A stretch of 17,352 nucleotides of DNA, taken from NCBI RefSeq assembly GCF_035285525.1, contig NZ_JAYKGW010000243.1:1-17352 (forward strand), read 5' to 3'. Positions 13,644-17,352 of this stretch are shown one piece after another (the first letter of the stretch is position 1; every line of letters starts with the position of its first letter). Below the pieces are notes generated by a model that made no database searches, was not told the DNA's origin, and worked only from the letters and a program-made list of their open reading frames with translations. The position numbers were made by a program, and so were the translations under genes. This stretch comes from Okeania sp. (GTDB lineage Bacteria > Cyanobacteriota > Cyanobacteriia > Cyanobacteriales > Microcoleaceae).

Positions 13644-13743
13644 AGGACTTACGCAAATAAATCCGGTTTCTACAATAAACCCTGGTTTTGAATAATAAAC
13701 GTTCAGGAGAAACCAGGTTTCTGGGTTCGCCTGCGTAATTCCT
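13644..13743. mobile_element. Small inverted-repeat element, family B, 100-bp copy in the recA/degT-like divergent spacer
   Basis: The 12-nt termini AGGACTTACGCA and TGCGTAATTCCT match 11/12 as inverted repeats. The interior has several CCGGTTT/AAACCAGG hairpin-forming segments. Confidence 0.5.
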
Positions 13744-13913
13744 GACTAATTATCCCTAAAAATTCTTTATGTTATTCTACAATTAGAGGGATGTAAAGTA
13801 AATGTATAAATTAATACTCATTACAGGGAATAGGGTATAGAATCGAGCCAAGATATCCTAGTTAGCTAATCTACATTTAATAAATTTCAGCCATTAATAA
13901 TTATCTGAACAAA

Positions 13914-15044
13914 ATGTTAAAAAATATTCCATTTGTTGACTTGAAACTCCAACATCAACCACTCAAAGCTGAACTAGAAAATTCGATTCAGGAAGTATTA
14001 GAAAGAGGAGATTTTATACTTGGTCAAGCAGTAGAAAAACTTGAGTCTTCATTCCCTACAGTTTGCGGGGTAAAAAATGGGGTTGGAGTTGGTTGTGGCA
14101 CAGATGCTATAGCTCTTGGACTTCAAGCTTGTGGTATTGGCGCCGGAGATGAAGTAATTTTACCAGCTAATACATTTGTTGCTACTTTAATAGGTGTACT
14201 TCAAGCTGGTGCTACCCCTGTGCTAGTAGACTGTAATGTTGAAACTGCCCTAATTGATTTAGAAGCTGCTCAAAAAGCTGTTACATCTAAAACCAAAGTA
14301 ATATTGCCAGTACATCTTTATGGTCAAATGGTATCTCCTAGTGAACTAAAAGACTTTGCTGAAGCTAATAACTTAATTATATTTGAAGATGCAGCTCAGG
14401 CTCATTTAGCCGAAAGAGAAGGATATTGTGCTGGGAGTATTGGAACTGCTGCTGCATTTAGTTTCTATCCCAGTAAAAATTTAGGTAGTTTTGGTGATGG
14501 AGGAATGGTAGTTACTAGAGACTCAGAGATAGCCAAAAAAATACGAACCCTCCGTAATTATGGCGCACCTCGTAAATATGTCCATGAGATTCCTGGTACT
14601 AACAGTAGATTAGATAGTATACAGGCAGCCATACTAAATGTCAAGCTTCCTTACCTAAAAGATTGGAATAGCGATCGCAACCAAGCAGCTCAAAAATACG
14701 ATATCCTTCTCAGTCCCATGAAAGAGAAAGGTATTATCCCTATCAAAAATTTGAGTGGTACTGGGCATATTTATCATTTATATGTGATTCGAGTCACTGA
14801 CAAATCTCCAATTAACCGAGACACCTTGAAGGAGAAATTAGGGATGGCAGGAATTTCTACTGGTATTCATTATCCGATACCTTGTCATCTGCAACCAGCT
14901 TATCAAAATTTAGGTTATAAGCAGGGTGATTTTCCTAATAGTGAAAGTCTGAGTCAAGAGATTTTATCTTTACCTATTTATCCTGTAATTACTGAAGAAC
15001 AAATTCATCAGGTTGCCGAAACAATTAGTCAAATTATTATGTAA
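13914..15044 (+). CDS. DegT/DnrJ/EryC1/StrS-family PLP-dependent sugar aminotransferase
   Basis: 376-aa ORF starting IPFVDLKLQH. It has the GDEVILPANTFVAT block and the PLP-lysine motif FSFYPSKNLGSFGDGG, then NYG, GTNSRLDSIQAAIL and GIHYPIPCHLQPAY. Confidence 0.9.
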   Translation: MLKNIPFVDLKLQHQPLKAELENSIQEVLERGDFILGQAVEKLESSFPTVCGVKNGVGVGCGTDAIALGLQACGIGAGDEVILPANTFVATLIGVLQAGATPVLVDCNVETALIDLEAAQKAVTSKTKVILPVHLYGQMVSPSELKDFAEANNLIIFEDAAQAHLAEREGYCAGSIGTAAAFSFYPSKNLGSFGDGGMVVTRDSEIAKKIRTLRNYGAPRKYVHEIPGTNSRLDSIQAAILNVKLPYLKDWNSDRNQAAQKYDILLSPMKEKGIIPIKNLSGTGHIYHLYVIRVTDKSPINRDTLKEKLGMAGISTGIHYPIPCHLQPAYQNLGYKQGDFPNSESLSQEILSLPIYPVITEEQIHQVAETISQIIM

Positions 15045-15296
15045 GTAAAAAGCGATTAGCTATTAGCTAAAAATGCTTAGTAAATCATATTAGCTAGTCT
15101 CCTGGGAAGGAGCTGGGCTAATAGCTATTGCTTTTAGTTTATAATAAAAGCTTTTTCATTCTCAAATGAAAAATTACTACAAAAACCAGTTTTTAGGTCT
15201 ATATTTCTTTAAATATTTTCGTTAAGCTTGAAATTTTTATTGCTGTTTTCGTAGCATTTTTCTTTCTTAACTTCTTACTTCTTACTTAAAAAAAAT

Positions 15297-16193
15297 ATGC
15301 AAACTCGTCAAAAAATTCCTATTGCTATTGAGGAAAACTTACTAACAATAGCCATTACTGCCTTAATATTTTTGATGTATATTCCATTAATAATCTATTG
15401 GTATGATGGCTGGATTAATAAAAGTATCAGTATAGAACATGAATATTTTAGTCATGGAGCAATAGGCTTACCATTTGCTGGCTATATTGTTTGGAATAAT
15501 CGACAAAAATGGCAAAACTTACCTAATACTTCTCATCCTGTAGGAGGAGTATTATTAGGAATTGCAGGAGTTTGGTATCTCAGCGATATTCCGGACTTGA
15601 TCGACCTATCTTTTCCCCTAATGTTAACAGGAATTTGCCTTTGGTTCAAAGGAATACCAGGTTTCAAATTAATGGGTATGGCATTACTATTGATTTGGTT
15701 AGCAAGTCCTAATAATATTCCCTACTTAATTGAACCTTATATCCTACCTTTACAGAAATTTATTGCTGCAATTATCGGGTTTATTTTGAATCAATTTAAT
15801 ATGAATATTGATGTAAATGGAATATATTTAGATTTAGATTTAGAAAGAAGAGTTATTGAAATCGCACCCCATTGTGCAGGGTTGAAAATGTTGTTTACCA
15901 GTCTATATGTTTCCCTAGTTTTACTTAATTGGACTGGTGCTATAGCTAGTCGCGGTAAAACTATTTGCCTGCTCTTTAGTGCCGTGCTAATTAATGTTAG
16001 TGGCAATATTATCAGAAACGCTTTACTAACAATTTTTTATGGTACAGGTCAGGATGAAGCTTTTCATTGGTTCCATGAATCATGGGGTGGTGATATGTAT
16101 TCTATCTGTATGTTAAGTTTATTATTTCCGATTATGAATTTGATAGATGATTATTTCACAAATTCAGTCGATTTTCCAAATCAACCTGAATAA
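15297..16193 (+). CDS. crtA: Cyanoexosortase A (exosortase/EpsH-family polytopic membrane transpeptidase)
   Basis: 298-aa multi-pass membrane ORF carrying the exosortase catalytic signature: Cys in IEIAPHCAGLKML, Arg in GNIIRNALL, and His in FHWFHESWGG. It is followed by the characteristic associated gene. The subfamily A assignment is from memory of the locus layout. Confidence 0.75.
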   Translation: MQTRQKIPIAIEENLLTIAITALIFLMYIPLIIYWYDGWINKSISIEHEYFSHGAIGLPFAGYIVWNNRQKWQNLPNTSHPVGGVLLGIAGVWYLSDIPDLIDLSFPLMLTGICLWFKGIPGFKLMGMALLLIWLASPNNIPYLIEPYILPLQKFIAAIIGFILNQFNMNIDVNGIYLDLDLERRVIEIAPHCAGLKMLFTSLYVSLVLLNWTGAIASRGKTICLLFSAVLINVSGNIIRNALLTIFYGTGQDEAFHWFHESWGGDMYSICMLSLLFPIMNLIDDYFTNSVDFPNQPE

Positions 16194-16405
16194 TTAGGGC
16201 TGGCTGAAAAAGTCTGTTGGTGAGCTTAGGCAATGGGGAATAGGCAATAGTTGCAGCTATTAATTTTTATAAATTTTTCCAAGTTTTGTGAGAAAAAATC
16301 CAGAATTTTCAAGATTAATTTAATAGTTTTTTGACACTTTTTGTTACCATGAAAAGCCTTTAATCTTTGTCTTTTAATGCTTTTAGATTTAATCAGTAAG
16401 CAATG
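16194..16405. mobile_element. MITE-like element, family A, copy inserted between the exosortase gene and its partner gene
   Basis: Starts at the base after the TAA stop: TTAGGGCTGGCTGAAAAAGTCTGTTGGTGAG. Ends TTTTAGATTTAATCAGTAAGCAATG, a degenerate right terminus. Confidence 0.55.
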
Positions 16406-16447
16406 TAATTTCTGCTTAAATAGTTATGGATAAAGGAAGACAGAAAT

Positions 16448-17236
16448 ATGGGAGAGGAATTTGGAAAATCAACTTTTAATAACCGGACTTGGTATAAAAT
16501 TCAAGAGAATTGTGTTATGGTTAATAGCTTAAAAAGATTGCACAGATATAAACTTTCACAAGTAGTATTAGTATTGTTTCTGCTAATTATTTTAGTAGTG
16601 GGAACTGTACCTGGTTACATAACCGGAAAATGGTCTTGGAAAAATACAGCAAAAATTACTAATCTCAAAGACTTAAAACAAATCAAAGAAGAGGGATTAA
16701 CTATTTCTGATTTGCCAACAATATCTCATGAACAATTGTTAATTGCTGACCATAAGTGGTTGGAGCAAAAAGTTAAAAATAATGAGCAATCTATAGTCTT
16801 ATTACTATTAACTCCAAACGGACCAAAAGACAAGCCCGAAGTAGAATGGATGGATATAAATGGGTTCTATCGTTGGAAAACAGATTCCGAAAAAAGAGTT
16901 AAATTTACTGTAGAAATACCAAAAGATGGCAATGGAATTACAAACCGAAAAAAGCAATCTTCTAATGTAGAGGCTAAATTTTTTCGAGCCTGGACAAATA
17001 AACAAACTTTTGCAGTAATGCAGTGGTATGCTTGGCCTGGAGGAGGAAGTCCAGAAACTGGTGATTGGTTTTGGCAGGATAGATTAGCTATGATATCTAA
17101 AAAGCGTGTGTCTTGGGTAGCAGTTAATATATTATTACCTGTTGAACCTCTAGGAAATATTGATCCTTATCTACCACAAATCAAATCTATCGCGCAAAAA
17201 ACTCAAGCATCATTATGGATAATTAATAATGAATAG
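16448..17236 (+). CDS. Cyanoexosortase A system-associated protein
   Basis: 262-aa ORF directly downstream of the exosortase gene with a single N-terminal TM segment (VVLVLFLLIILVVGTVPGY). The ATG at 16448 has AAGGAAG 8 nt upstream. An alternative ATG at 16517 (MVNSLKRLHRYK) would give a shorter N-terminus. Confidence 0.65.
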   Translation: MGEEFGKSTFNNRTWYKIQENCVMVNSLKRLHRYKLSQVVLVLFLLIILVVGTVPGYITGKWSWKNTAKITNLKDLKQIKEEGLTISDLPTISHEQLLIADHKWLEQKVKNNEQSIVLLLLTPNGPKDKPEVEWMDINGFYRWKTDSEKRVKFTVEIPKDGNGITNRKKQSSNVEAKFFRAWTNKQTFAVMQWYAWPGGGSPETGDWFWQDRLAMISKKRVSWVAVNILLPVEPLGNIDPYLPQIKSIAQKTQASLWIINNE

Positions 17237-17285
17237 TTGATAATAGATAATTTATGGAAATATTTGTCCGAAAAAAGTTGTAGGG

Positions 17286-17345
17286 GCGGGTTTATTAAAA
17301 AGTCTAAAAAAATCTCACTGGTATTGCTAAACCCGCACTTTTATT
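17286..17345 (+). terminator. Long-loop hairpin downstream of the exosortase-associated gene
   Basis: GCGGGTTTA (17286-17294) pairs with TAAACCCGC (17328-17336) and is followed by ACTTTTATT. The 33-nt loop makes it atypical for an intrinsic terminator, so it may instead be a dispersed repeat. Confidence 0.3.
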
Positions 17346-17352
17346 ATGAATA

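Noticed and set aside
15791-16006. 71-aa minus-strand ORF inside the exosortase gene, and 16808-17005 (minus strand) inside the associated gene
   Set aside because: These are antisense shadow ORFs with no motifs or start context.
1-17352. Scan for tRNA, rRNA, tmRNA, RNase P, transposase, integrase, toxin-antitoxin pairs, restriction-modification or other recognisable defence enzymes
   Set aside because: I found no GGTTCGAAT-type T-arm context or cloverleaf. No ORF carries DDE, tyrosine/serine recombinase, nuclease, methylase or reverse-transcriptase motifs. Absence is by eye only; tRNAscan-SE, Infernal/Rfam and DefenseFinder/PADLOC would be decisive.

Overview
AT-rich cyanobacterial chromosome segment. 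The taxonomic call rests on six HIP1 octamers GCGATCGC (259, 858, 7285, 11537, 13307, 14671), heptamer/octamer STRR-like tandem repeats, and a cyanoexosortase locus; a filamentous Nostocales-type genome is an inference only. About 70% is coding.

Recognisable housekeeping genes:
- arogenate/prephenate dehydrogenase (tyrA, minus strand)
- recA (minus strand)
- a DegT-family sugar aminotransferase
- an epoxide-hydrolase-like alpha/beta hydrolase
- two small conserved cyanobacterial proteins (DUF2839-like and DUF1815-like, named from memory)
- cyanoexosortase A and its system-associated protein

The least ordinary part is 1019-8221. It holds three diverged tandem paralogs of a long pentapeptide-repeat protein. 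Each has about 50 uninterrupted pentapeptides fused to the same uncharacterised C-terminal domain of roughly 225-245 aa. The third paralog is followed after a 5-nt gap by a DinG/Rad3-like protein whose Walker A and DEAH motifs are degenerate. I cannot assign this cluster a function, and I flag it as the best candidate for an undescribed module.

The intergenic DNA is unusually long (735, 322, 404, 1314, 690 and 386 bp). It is largely built from one MITE-like family with TTAGGG...CCCTAA ends, a second 59-100 bp inverted-repeat element, nested short tandem repeats, and a 2 x 223 bp tandem duplication.

I saw no tRNA, rRNA, CRISPR array, transposase, integrase or recognisable defence enzyme. All family names come from motif recognition by eye; no searches were run.
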